Source of the DNA: Bacteroidota bacterium
Lineage (GTDB): Bacteria > Bacteroidota > Bacteroidia > Chitinophagales > Saprospiraceae
Direction: 5' to 3'
NCBI GenBank assembly: GCA_038530915.1
Contig: JBCBCD010000001.1
Coordinates: forward strand, 1-30,220
Length of the DNA: 30,220 bases
Shown piece after piece: positions 8,225 to 18,200 of the stretch (the stretch's first letter is position 1; every line of letters starts with the position of its first letter). The notes under the pieces are model-generated. The model did no database searches. It was given only the letters and a program-made list of their open reading frames with translations, and was not told the origin of the DNA. Position numbers and translations under genes: made by a program.

Positions 8225-10984
8225 TTATTTTATAACTATAAATGTTTTTGAATCTTCATTGCCCAATTGATCGATGGTTCTCAGGTAATAAATGCCATCA
8301 TTCAACTGACTGATATCAATATTTTCAGTCTTTGTACCAGCCATCACTTTTCTATTGTATTGCTTGAGTACTTGTCCTAACCTGTCAATAATCTGGATTT
8401 GAGTATCACTCTCTAATGCTTTGCCAAACTCAATATTGATGTACTCATTGGCCGGGTTGGGATAAATAGTATTGAGGATACCATTAGTTAGTAACTGATC
8501 AGTAGAAAGACTCAATTGAGGCAAAGGTTCTTGTAATAAGTTACCATTCGCCGGGCCGATATAAGCATCATCAATAGCCATATCACTTCTCCCTCCTGAA
8601 CCGGTTACACCGATTACTCTCAATCGGGTAGCATTGGTTGCATATCCGTTTAAGTTGATGCTTGCAAAATTCCATTGATTGCCCTGGTCTCCCGATTTTT
8701 TCCAAATGGCCTCACTCCAACTTACGCCACCATCGGTACTTACCTGCACTTCCAAAGAACCCATGGTAGATCCATACATGTGGTATTGGAATTCAAAAAC
8801 CGGATTGTTGACTTGAGTTAAGTTCATGCATTTTTTGATGGTCAAAATAGCTGACTTACCTGGATTGCCACTACCACTAGATTCAACGTATCTATAATAG
8901 TTTCCTTGAGCTGCAGTTGTTGGCCCTGTATTTGAAGTTGGGGTAGACCCACTGCGTTTCTTCCAGTTTCTATCATCAACCGCTTCTTGTTTAAAGAGCC
9001 CCACGCCTCCTTCAAATCGTTGGTAGTAGGGCCAATTGTTTTTGGTACCATTGCAGTTGGAAGCTAACCCTACATATACATTTCCTTCAGCCGTACAGTT
9101 GTTAGCATCTGTAACGGTATAACTGTAAAATCCAATATCAACATTTGAAAGGTCCTCGGTAGTTGCACCATTAGACCAATTGTATGTGTAAGGACCAACA
9201 CCTGTACTGACAGTGAGATCAACAGATCCATCTTGTGAAGAATTGGTAGTACAATCAAAGGAAGTGGCAGAGGCACTTACAGCTGAGATTTCATCCATAT
9301 TGAAAACTGCAATATCCTGACAACCTTGTGCATCCTGAACAGTAACAGAGTAGGTGCCTGTGGCATTCATAGTGATGCTGTTGACATTTACATCACCTGT
9401 AGACCAAGTAATTTGGTAGGGGGGCGTACCTGAAAGTAAAAAATTTAATTGTGCAGTACCAGTGGTATTGCCACAAGTAAAGTCACTATCTGTTACTGAG
9501 ATGTCGATTGGATTGATACATGTATTACTTGCGTCTGTGAGGTTGATCGCATCTACTGCAATATCACCCTGGTCATTTTGAGTAAGACCTGTTACAAAGC
9601 GTAAAATGACCCATTCTTGACCAGCATAAGCAGATAAATCTACTGTAGCGTTTTGCCAGCTGTTGCCCTGATCACCACTTAATGAAAAGGTATGTCCTGT
9701 GTTGTTCCAATCATAGCCTCCATCCAAACTTACTTGTAATGCCAATTGACCAGCTCCGGTACCTGTCATATGATAATCAAAAGAGATTTCCGGGCTATTG
9801 TTATTGGAAAAATCAAAACAAGGACTTTCAATTACTGCTACCGGATAAGCATAAAATGGACCGGTAGGTGGCAAAGTAGCTTCAGAATAAATGTATTGAG
9901 AACCTTCAGAAGCAGCATTTGGTCCTGTTCCAGCAGTAGGTGTTGCCCCACTATTTACCAAATAAGATGCAGCAGTAAAGGTTTCATAAAAGGAATTGGT
10001 ACGCCAGCCGTTAAGACCATTTTCAAACCCTTCAGTATAGGGGAATTGATTGATCGTCACTTCACAAGCAGCTGCCTGTGAACAAGCCAGGTAGTTTCTA
10101 TCAAATTGAGCACTGTATTCCATTCTTGCCAATTGCTGAGGAGAAAAATGATCTCTACAATCATTTGGCGCATAAGACATATAATTGCCAGTATCAGGGT
10201 TGTAAGCCTGCCCATTGCCATCGGTAACAGTTCCGACATATGTACAGCCGCTCATCTTACCGATCAGATTTGGATCTGCGGGAGTGTCACAAAGCTCATC
10301 TCCCGCAGTTGTACAGTTGGGATTATTTGTTCGTGTAACGAGTTCCGGAGTCGCTCCATTAGGTCCATGAGTGGGATACAAAGAAAAATACTGTCCTACC
10401 AGATGTAGAAGAACAGATTCTGTAGAAAAGCCAGAACATCTGCGAGAATAGATGATTCTTTCTCCTTGTCCAGGATAAGAAGATAAACCACAGTAAAAAG
10501 GTCCACTGATTCCTTGCTTAAGTTCATCTACAAAGTATAGGTTGAGTACATTGGGTACATCGTATTGATTCAATACCGATTGATTGCTCAGAAAAAGTCC
10601 ATACACATTCGAGTCATCAATTACATTAATGGGACTACAACTATACAATTGTATATTGGCAGCCCTAAGTTCCTGATTGATTAAACCCAGGTAATAAGAC
10701 ACAAAAAACAAATCACCTGATAAGCTGAATCCACTTTGAGCAATATGGATTTGTATGGGTACCCAGGTAATTGAATTAGTATTTGCACTTTTTGCTAGGC
10801 TTGCATTTGATGGACCAAACCTATAGGCATTGTCCACGGTGTAGGCATCTCTTAGTGCCTTAGTTTTTGCCATAAATACCCTGGCATCTTCATTAAGTTG
10901 TGTTGCAGATAATTGATCTTGTGCAGTGAGCTGAAAAGTAAATAGAGATAAACACACCCCCAATAGTAGTAAACTGTTTCTCAT
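8225..10984 (-). CDS. T9SS-secreted protein: M43-like (degenerate) peptidase domain + MAM + SprB-like repeats + MAM + CTD
   Basis: Likely start MRNSLLLLG at 10984 (ORF open to 11059). M43-like GDELCDTPADP and NYMSY; two MAM-like domains (FDYHMTG..GDQGNSW and FQYHMYG..GDQGNQW); SprB-like GPYTYNWSNG..YTVTDANNC; CTD IYPNPAN..GIYYLR. Confidence 0.85.
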   Translation of the reverse strand: MRNSLLLLGVCLSLFTFQLTAQDQLSATQLNEDARVFMAKTKALRDAYTVDNAYRFGPSNASLAKSANTNSITWVPIQIHIAQSGFSLSGDLFFVSYYLGLINQELRAANIQLYSCSPINVIDDSNVYGLFLSNQSVLNQYDVPNVLNLYFVDELKQGISGPFYCGLSSYPGQGERIIYSRRCSGFSTESVLLHLVGQYFSLYPTHGPNGATPELVTRTNNPNCTTAGDELCDTPADPNLIGKMSGCTYVGTVTDGNGQAYNPDTGNYMSYAPNDCRDHFSPQQLARMEYSAQFDRNYLACSQAAACEVTINQFPYTEGFENGLNGWRTNSFYETFTAASYLVNSGATPTAGTGPNAASEGSQYIYSEATLPPTGPFYAYPVAVIESPCFDFSNNNSPEISFDYHMTGTGAGQLALQVSLDGGYDWNNTGHTFSLSGDQGNSWQNATVDLSAYAGQEWVILRFVTGLTQNDQGDIAVDAINLTDASNTCINPIDISVTDSDFTCGNTTGTAQLNFLLSGTPPYQITWSTGDVNVNSITMNATGTYSVTVQDAQGCQDIAVFNMDEISAVSASATSFDCTTNSSQDGSVDLTVSTGVGPYTYNWSNGATTEDLSNVDIGFYSYTVTDANNCTAEGNVYVGLASNCNGTKNNWPYYQRFEGGVGLFKQEAVDDRNWKKRSGSTPTSNTGPTTAAQGNYYRYVESSGSGNPGKSAILTIKKCMNLTQVNNPVFEFQYHMYGSTMGSLEVQVSTDGGVSWSEAIWKKSGDQGNQWNFASINLNGYATNATRLRVIGVTGSGGRSDMAIDDAYIGPANGNLLQEPLPQLSLSTDQLLTNGILNTIYPNPANEYINIEFGKALESDTQIQIIDRLGQVLKQYNRKVMAGTKTENIDISQLNDGIYYLRTIDQLGNEDSKTFIVIK

Positions 10985-11139
10985 ACGAAAGCTTGATTTG
11001 TTGGAATTATAAATGTTAGTTTCTTCAATCATCCTTCCCCAGAATGATTTTGACAACATTAAAGTACCAGCTTTCAGACTACTAATTGGAGAGGTTGTAT
11101 AAGTGTAAGTGTTTAGTATATAAGTGTGTATGATGAGTG

Positions 11140-11197
11140 TAGGGTTTAGTGTGTAGGGTGTAGCGGTGTGTATGCCTCTACATCCTACCCACTACAC
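11140..11197. repeat. Degenerate GGTGTAG-type repeats with an inverted partner
   Basis: gtgtagggt...gtgtagggtgtag followed by ctacatcctacccactacac; same unit as the array at 21421. Confidence 0.6.
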
Positions 11198-11826
11198 TAT
11201 ATCCTCAATGACCACATGTATTTCTCTACATCTTCATCAATATCCGAAAACTCTAACACCTGTATGGTCAATAAATCTGTACTGGCGTAGTAAAGATTTT
11301 TATAGAGTTTGGGATTTGATTTCATAGTTATTTCGTGCTTCAATTTGAAGACCTTTTGATTCCTGTTTTCTTTTAGATTAGATTCCAACCTTTTGATATT
11401 TAAACCAGAATTGGCTCTTTCAACACGGCTGTGAACAACATTCAGGTTTTGAGTAATATAAGTGGCTTGAGTTTCATCCAAATCGGTCAACTTTGCATTG
11501 ATTACAATAAGAACACGGAACTGTGTTGTTGTATCGATGAAAATATCAAGATATTGATCGTCATGCTCTGTCTGAGCTAAGAAGGTTCTCAATAATGATA
11601 GGTTGGTTTTATTTTTTGTAGGACTTGGGATATCTGAATCTAAAAGATATAGACTCGAACGTTTAAATTTTGAAGGAAACCTAAACATGATGTTTTCACC
11701 ATCCAAAGAGATTTCATTGGTGCCAGCCCATTGACCTTCAGTAGGTTGTGAGTTACTACAGGCAGAAAAAACAAAAGTAGAAACAGAAAAAACCAATAAA
11801 TGGTAAAAAAGAGAACGATTTAACAT
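11197..11826 (-). CDS. Hypothetical lipoprotein
   Basis: Likely start MLNRSLF at 11826; hydrophobic stretch ending in lipobox-like FSAC; a TAGCTTTG promoter element at 11874-11881 argues against the 11868 start. Confidence 0.7.
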   Translation of the reverse strand: MLNRSLFYHLLVFSVSTFVFSACSNSQPTEGQWAGTNEISLDGENIMFRFPSKFKRSSLYLLDSDIPSPTKNKTNLSLLRTFLAQTEHDDQYLDIFIDTTTQFRVLIVINAKLTDLDETQATYITQNLNVVHSRVERANSGLNIKRLESNLKENRNQKVFKLKHEITMKSNPKLYKNLYYASTDLLTIQVLEFSDIDEDVEKYMWSLRI

Positions 11827-11962
11827 AGTCACAATATTAATGAGGCCAATATTACAACTCATTAACAAGAGTTCAAAGCTAAGGATCGATAACTAACTAT
11901 TAAATAACATTTATTTAAGCGTAGGGCTGTCTCCTCTTACGGATTCACCAGTCAATAATATG

Positions 11963-12025
11963 TTGTTTGATGTTTAAAAAGCTAGAAAACGCAAAGCGTT
12001 TTCTAGCTTTTTAAACATCAAACAA
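11963..12025. repeat. 30-bp perfect inverted repeat with 3-nt loop
   Basis: ttgtttgatgtttaaaaagctagaaaacgc-aaa-gcgttttctagctttttaaacatcaaacaa. Confidence 0.95.
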
Positions 12026-12071
12026 AACTTACCTTGTGGCTTATGACGAGGTACGAGTAATGAGACCCCCT

Positions 12072-12110
12072 CAAACAAAAGAGGCTACTCTTTTGAGCAA
12101 GAGCAACCTC
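12072..12110 (-). terminator. Rho-independent terminator of the 2511-aa gene
   Basis: Minus-strand stem gaggttgctctt/aagagtagcctc (12 bp, 2 G-U) followed by ttttgtttg. Confidence 0.7.
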
Positions 12111-12154
12111 AGCTTGATGAGTGTTTCGGGATGGTTGTATGCTTTGTTGAGTTT

Positions 12155-12212
12155 AGAAGTTTAAAAGTGTAACGGTTTAAAAAATTTTAAACTCTTACAC
12201 CTTTAAACTTCT
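12155..12212. repeat. 28-bp imperfect inverted repeat
   Basis: agaagtttaaaagtgtaacggtttaaaa versus ttttaaactcttacacctttaaacttct (25/28), 8 nt past the stop at 12221. Confidence 0.8.
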
Positions 12213-12220
12213 TAAACCTT

Positions 12221-15200
12221 CTATTGCTTCATAATCTTCCTATTAAGAATGACACCACCAATATTCATACGCATCATGTACACTCCATTTGGTAGAGTAG
12301 AAAGATCCAATTCACTAACTTCTTTCAGGATGCCACTTACTCGACGTCCATGTACATCGAATATCTGTAATTCGTCTATCGGTACTCCTGCTGCATTAGT
12401 GAAGTATAAGTTATTGGTAACAGGATTTGGATAAATCTCTAATGTTTTCAATATCTGTAGAGGATCATTGCCACCTATTGCCTTAAACTCTATTGTTTCT
12501 GTACCTAATGGAATGATACCATTGGTAGTACTTACTGCAAATGTATGCTTAGTAGATACACTTGATTCTTTTATTCCAGCAATATCGAGTATGATTCCAC
12601 TCATATAAGCAATGGGTCCGTAACCAGATACATCATTTTGATCGTTACGAGTCAAGGCCATTTCAATGATGCCATCAGAATATACTTTGTCTATGGTCAA
12701 AATGTTGACATTGTTAACCCCAAACCAACTGTTTGGATACTCAATTTCTATAGAACTTGGATCGATGATGGTCGTATCAAACTCAATTTCGAAAGCAAAT
12801 CCATAGATGTCTGTTGCTGGCTTTTCAAACGTACCTAGTGTGATTGGTATTCTGAAAGACCTTGCTCCCTGCATTGAACCTGTCTCTGGTACTTCAACAA
12901 AGATAGAAGGATCCAAATCTGTTAATGGTAATGGAGCTCTCGCTATTTCAGTACCTCTGGTTTCACCATAGTTGCGCTCAATGACTAATTTATCTGCTAT
13001 GTCAACCACACCATCACCATTACAATCGGCATGTTGGAAGTTGATGCCATTCGCAAAGGCACCATTCCAAGCTCTGGAAACATTTGCTTCCCAATCAACA
13101 CCGCCATCAAATCGGGTTGGTCCGGTATGCCCAAAAGCTACCCCTATATAGATTAAATCACGGTGGTTTGCAATATTATCTGCATTGGCATCACCCGGCC
13201 ATACTTCAGGTGAAGGACAAGGCTCAAGTGGCACTTCAAAGCTTAGTACACAAGTATCTGGGAAAGTAATGATTTCAAAGAGACCTGCTCTTGGTAAACC
13301 AGTCGTACTTTCAAATGGTATTGTAAGTGAATCAAATGATAATGGTAGATCATCTTCTGTGAATACTCCTAAGGAAGAACCATTTTCATTTACAATAAGG
13401 AAATTGTCCAGGTTATTGCCAGCTTCAAAATCCAAAGTAAAGCCATATTCAGTATCTCCAGATACATAACAATCATTAAGGCTAACAGTTAATTCACTGA
13501 TTTCACATAGATCATTTTTGCAGTATTCGTATAAATCAATTTCGGCTTCAGCACAACAAGTATCGTTATCATTAATACAAGCTTTCAGATAGTAGTTGAA
13601 GGTATTTGGCCCCGGATTGTAAATTTCCAATAGAATAGGAAGGTCGTCTAATCTGAAAAATCCAATTCTTCCATTTCTATCGTATAAGTCGAATGACTGA
13701 TTACCATCTCCATTGTATTCAAAGTCAACCTCTAGTATGAACCTATTGTCGTCTAAACATTCAAGAAGACTTATATTGAAATCGTCAATCTTACATTCAT
13801 CATCTGTACAACCGTCTTTTACAAACACATCCTGTACAAAGCGACAACCCAATTCTGCATTAGATAAAGCTACTGTAATGTAATCGATGATGATGCCCTC
13901 AAAAGGTCCCACAACGATGGAGGATTGAGATGTTGAAATACTATCGAAAACTTCTCCATTAACAATTACTTCGTAAATCAAATCTGTAGGTCCAGCCAAT
14001 GGTGAAAACTCAGGCTTGATCTCTAAATTGTATTTACCATCATCCGTACAATCTACCTGGTACACTTCTAGGCTCCTTACTCCACAACTTTCGCTCACAC
14101 AAGATTCTACTCCTATGCTTGAACTTACTGCACAATCAGGAAATGCATTCGACTTTACAGTTATTTTTACTTCATTTGAGTTGGAAGTGAAGACAGGATC
14201 AATTAGTATAGGAAAATCTCTCAAAAGGAAAGTTCCTACATATTCATCAAAACGGTACACATCAAAACTATCAGCAGCAGCAGCAAAATCTGCAATTATT
14301 GGTTGGACGAAAATGGATGGATACTGTTGCCAACCGGCATAACAAGAATCTGGGTATAGTTGCAAATCTACGAGATTGCAAGGGGGAACAGGGCAATCTG
14401 GAACTTCCAATTTGGTATCTGCACAACAGTTGGTATTTGGATCACAAGCACTTAGATACAGTACACCCTCACTGCTAGGCAATCCAACTTCCACTTCGAT
14501 CGGTAAATCTGCATATTTATACCTACCTATCGTACCCAATTGATCGTAAAGGATGAAGTATTCTGAATCAGTCTCTTGATAATCCAAATTGACCGCTACT
14601 TTGTATTTGCCGGAATCATAGCAATCAATGAATTCTGCTTTGATTTCCTTTATCGGACAAGGATCTACGCAATAAGGAGGTTCAAATAACTTCCTGAATT
14701 GACAATCAGGACGCAAGACACTCTTAGCGGTGATCAATAACTCTCCCTGCGGTTTTATAGGACCTAAATAAACAGGGAACTGAAAATCACCGAATCTTCC
14801 AAAATATTCATCATAAATGTAGATATCGTATTCTCTTACTACTGTTAATAGACTTGGTTCCAATTTCAAATCTACATAGAGGAAGAAAGAACCATCCGCA
14901 TTACAAGAATCTGGTTTGATTTCTATATCTAATATGTCACAGTAAGGTGGCTCATAACATGGCTCTACAAAGATTTCAGATCTTATTGTACAGTCATAAA
15001 CTCCGGCTGCATTTAATGCTTTTACGCTTACAGTTTGCCATAGAGAATTGGCTGTACTGTCTGTCCATGCAGGTATAGCTACAGGGAATTCATCAGCTAC
15101 AAAAGTTCCCATGTATTCATCAAACAGGAAGACATCAAATGGATCGCCACCACGTACACCATCAGAAAAGTCTGGGATTACATAAATCATGCGCTCACCA

Positions 15201-18200
15201 TTGGCAGTACAAGAATCTACTTCAAGGTGTAGGCTTTCCAATCCACAATCTTTTTCACAATCGGGAGCATCTAAAGTTAGAGCGGTGTAGCAGTCCACGG
15301 GATTATAAAGGTCGATGATTAAAATGTTGACATCATCGCCTGTAGCCTCAAATGGGCCAAATTGCAACTGGGAGTTCGAGTTGTTGTATTCAAAAGGTCC
15401 GAACACCGCTCCATTAATAAATACAGCAAAGCCTGAATTTGAAAAAGTATCTGGTCTTATTTTTAAATCTACATAGTAGAAGCCATCATTACAATTGGTC
15501 GTTTCTGCTTTTACCTCATCTAATGGACAATCGGAAGACCCGCCACATCTGGCATCAATTACCGTATTGGCATAACATCCTACTTCTCTATCTATAATTT
15601 CTATGACTAGTGGCTCTTCGTCATTTCCTTCAAACTCACCCAAATCAAAAGGCAGATCACTGTATTTAAATGGTCCAAAATCACCTTGATTGGTTTTTAT
15701 GAGGAATGCTTCACCTACATTTTTGAAATCAAAAGTCCCTTTTACCCTAAAAAAGCCAGCTTCATCACAATCAGTGCGTTCCACTCTAAGGTTGTAGATG
15801 CCACATTCTGTACTAAAGCAATTGACGTCAATTACAGTTCTTGCACCACAAAAGGTCAAAGTGTCAAAAACTTCAATTGCTAGAGAATCGCCGGGAATAC
15901 CTTCAAATGGCCCGATTTCGAATGGCTGATCTTCATAACTGAAAGGACCAAATAATCCTTGATCAGTAGCTACATAATATTCTTCACCAGGATTTTTGTA
16001 TTCAAATTGCCCTTTTACAAAGAAAACACCATTGCTATCACAATCTGTACTCTCAACACGTAAATCGTAGATGTTACAGCCAGGGTTTTGAAAACACTTA
16101 TCTTCTACAACGGTTGTGTCTTGGCAGCCTGTCTCAGGATCAATCACTGCAATCACTAAAGGTTCAAATGAAGGACTAACAAATGGACCTACCGTCACAG
16201 GGATATCTTGATAAGGAAAAGGACCAAAATCACCTTGATTGGTAGCTACTACAAATGATTCGCCGACATCAACGTATTCAAACTTAAGCGCTACAAAATA
16301 TAGGCCATTGGTGTCACAATCTACTTGCTCTGCCACCAAGTTCTCAATTGCACAATCACCTACCGGACAGTCTATTTCAAGTGGTTCAAATAAACAGCAC
16401 TCCGGAAATGACAGGTCACAAACTTGTATAAATTGTGGAATCAAAGCGTCACTAAATCTTCTCTTAATCTTCACAGGTAACTCATCATAAGCAAACTTTT
16501 CAGTCACACCGTCTGCAGTGCTCACTTCAAATGATCCTCTTCTGTCTCTAACCTCAATATCGAACAAGACTTCATAAATGCCTTCTTTTGGATAGCATAT
16601 TGTTTCTAATACAACCAATTTTTCAATTGGACAACGCTCTTCGCAGTCTACATAAGGACGATAAACCTTAGCACCACAATCAGAATTGAAGCCGTCGTAA
16701 ACCTCCCAGTACATTTCATCATCAGTGAAAGAACTGAATGGACCTACTCGCAATGGCAAGTCTTCATAAGAGTATAAACCTATTAGACGACTATTTTCAT
16801 ACAAAAAGAAGGTATCAGCACTATTATAATCGTGCTCGAAATCAAGAGCTACGTAGAAATTACCAAGTGAATCACACTCACTAGGCCTAGCTACAAAGTC
16901 TCTAATCGAACAGCTATCCAAGCAGTTGACAGTTGGACGGTATGCTCCGGCACTACAATCGCGATTTTCAATATCTTGTACTTCCAGATACATGAGGTCA
17001 CGCGTGAAAGAGCTATAAGGCCCCACTTTTATAGGTAATTCGTCGTATTCGTATTTTGCAATTTCATTGCCATTTTGTAAGAAAACAAAGGCTTTAGAAG
17101 TATTATCGTGATGGAAGTCCAGATAGACATAGAAGTTTCCATTGGTATCACATTCGCTAGCTTTGACAGTGAAATCTCTAATGGAGCATTTTTCCGTGCA
17201 ATCTACATATGGGCGATATACTTTGGCGCCACAGTTAGGTACCTCTGAATCATAGACTTCCCAGTACATTTCATCATCAGTGAAAGAACTAAAGGGCCCT
17301 ACTCTCAATGGCAAGTCGTTATAAGAATGTCTGGAAATTTCTTGACTGTTTTGCCACAATACAAATACTCCTGAAGTGTTCTCATGTTTAAAATCGAGAT
17401 AAACATAGAAATTACCATTGGTATCACACTCAGTAGGTTTAGCTGTAAAGTCACGTATAGAACATTTCTGAGTACCGCAAGGTATATCATAAGCTATCCC
17501 AATGCAGCACTCATCAATGTTACGATCGCACACTTTCACATATCCTGAATCAACAGGATGGTTTGGAGATTTGGGTAACCTCACCTTTACGGGGAGATCT
17601 TTATAGGAGAACGAGAATTCTTGACCATCTTCTGAACGTACTACAAACTCACCTTCATCCACATAGGCGTCCAGATTTATTTCTAAAACATAGGAGTCGT
17701 CGTCATCATTGCACTCAACAACGGCAGCTTTGCCATCTTCAAAAGAACAGATGAATACACAGTCGTTGCCATCTACTACAGTTTCAGCAGCACAAGAACT
17801 GTCTCTGCTGTCTATGACTGTAAAAATAATAGGCTCTTTTATTGGTCCTTTAAACGGCCCTACTTGTACTGGCAATTCAGAATAAAGGTATTGGCCATAC
17901 AAGGAGTCATTATAAAGTAGGTCAAATAATTTGCCATCACCTTCGTGTTGGAAGTTGATGTCTACGTAAAAGAAGCCTCTTTCATCACAAGGCAGTGCAT
18001 CAGCCCAAAGCTCACTGATAGCGCATTCAAGTGGTGGATTGATACAAAGGTTATCCAGAAGCAAAGGCGCTCCACCAATCAAGAATGCTTGTATTTCCCC
18101 TTCTACGGTTAATAATCCTCTGTTGGCAGAACCGGGCTCGCGTTCAAATTTGGCGATTACATTATTGCCAATATTGAAGTATTCTTCCGATAGGGTCAAC

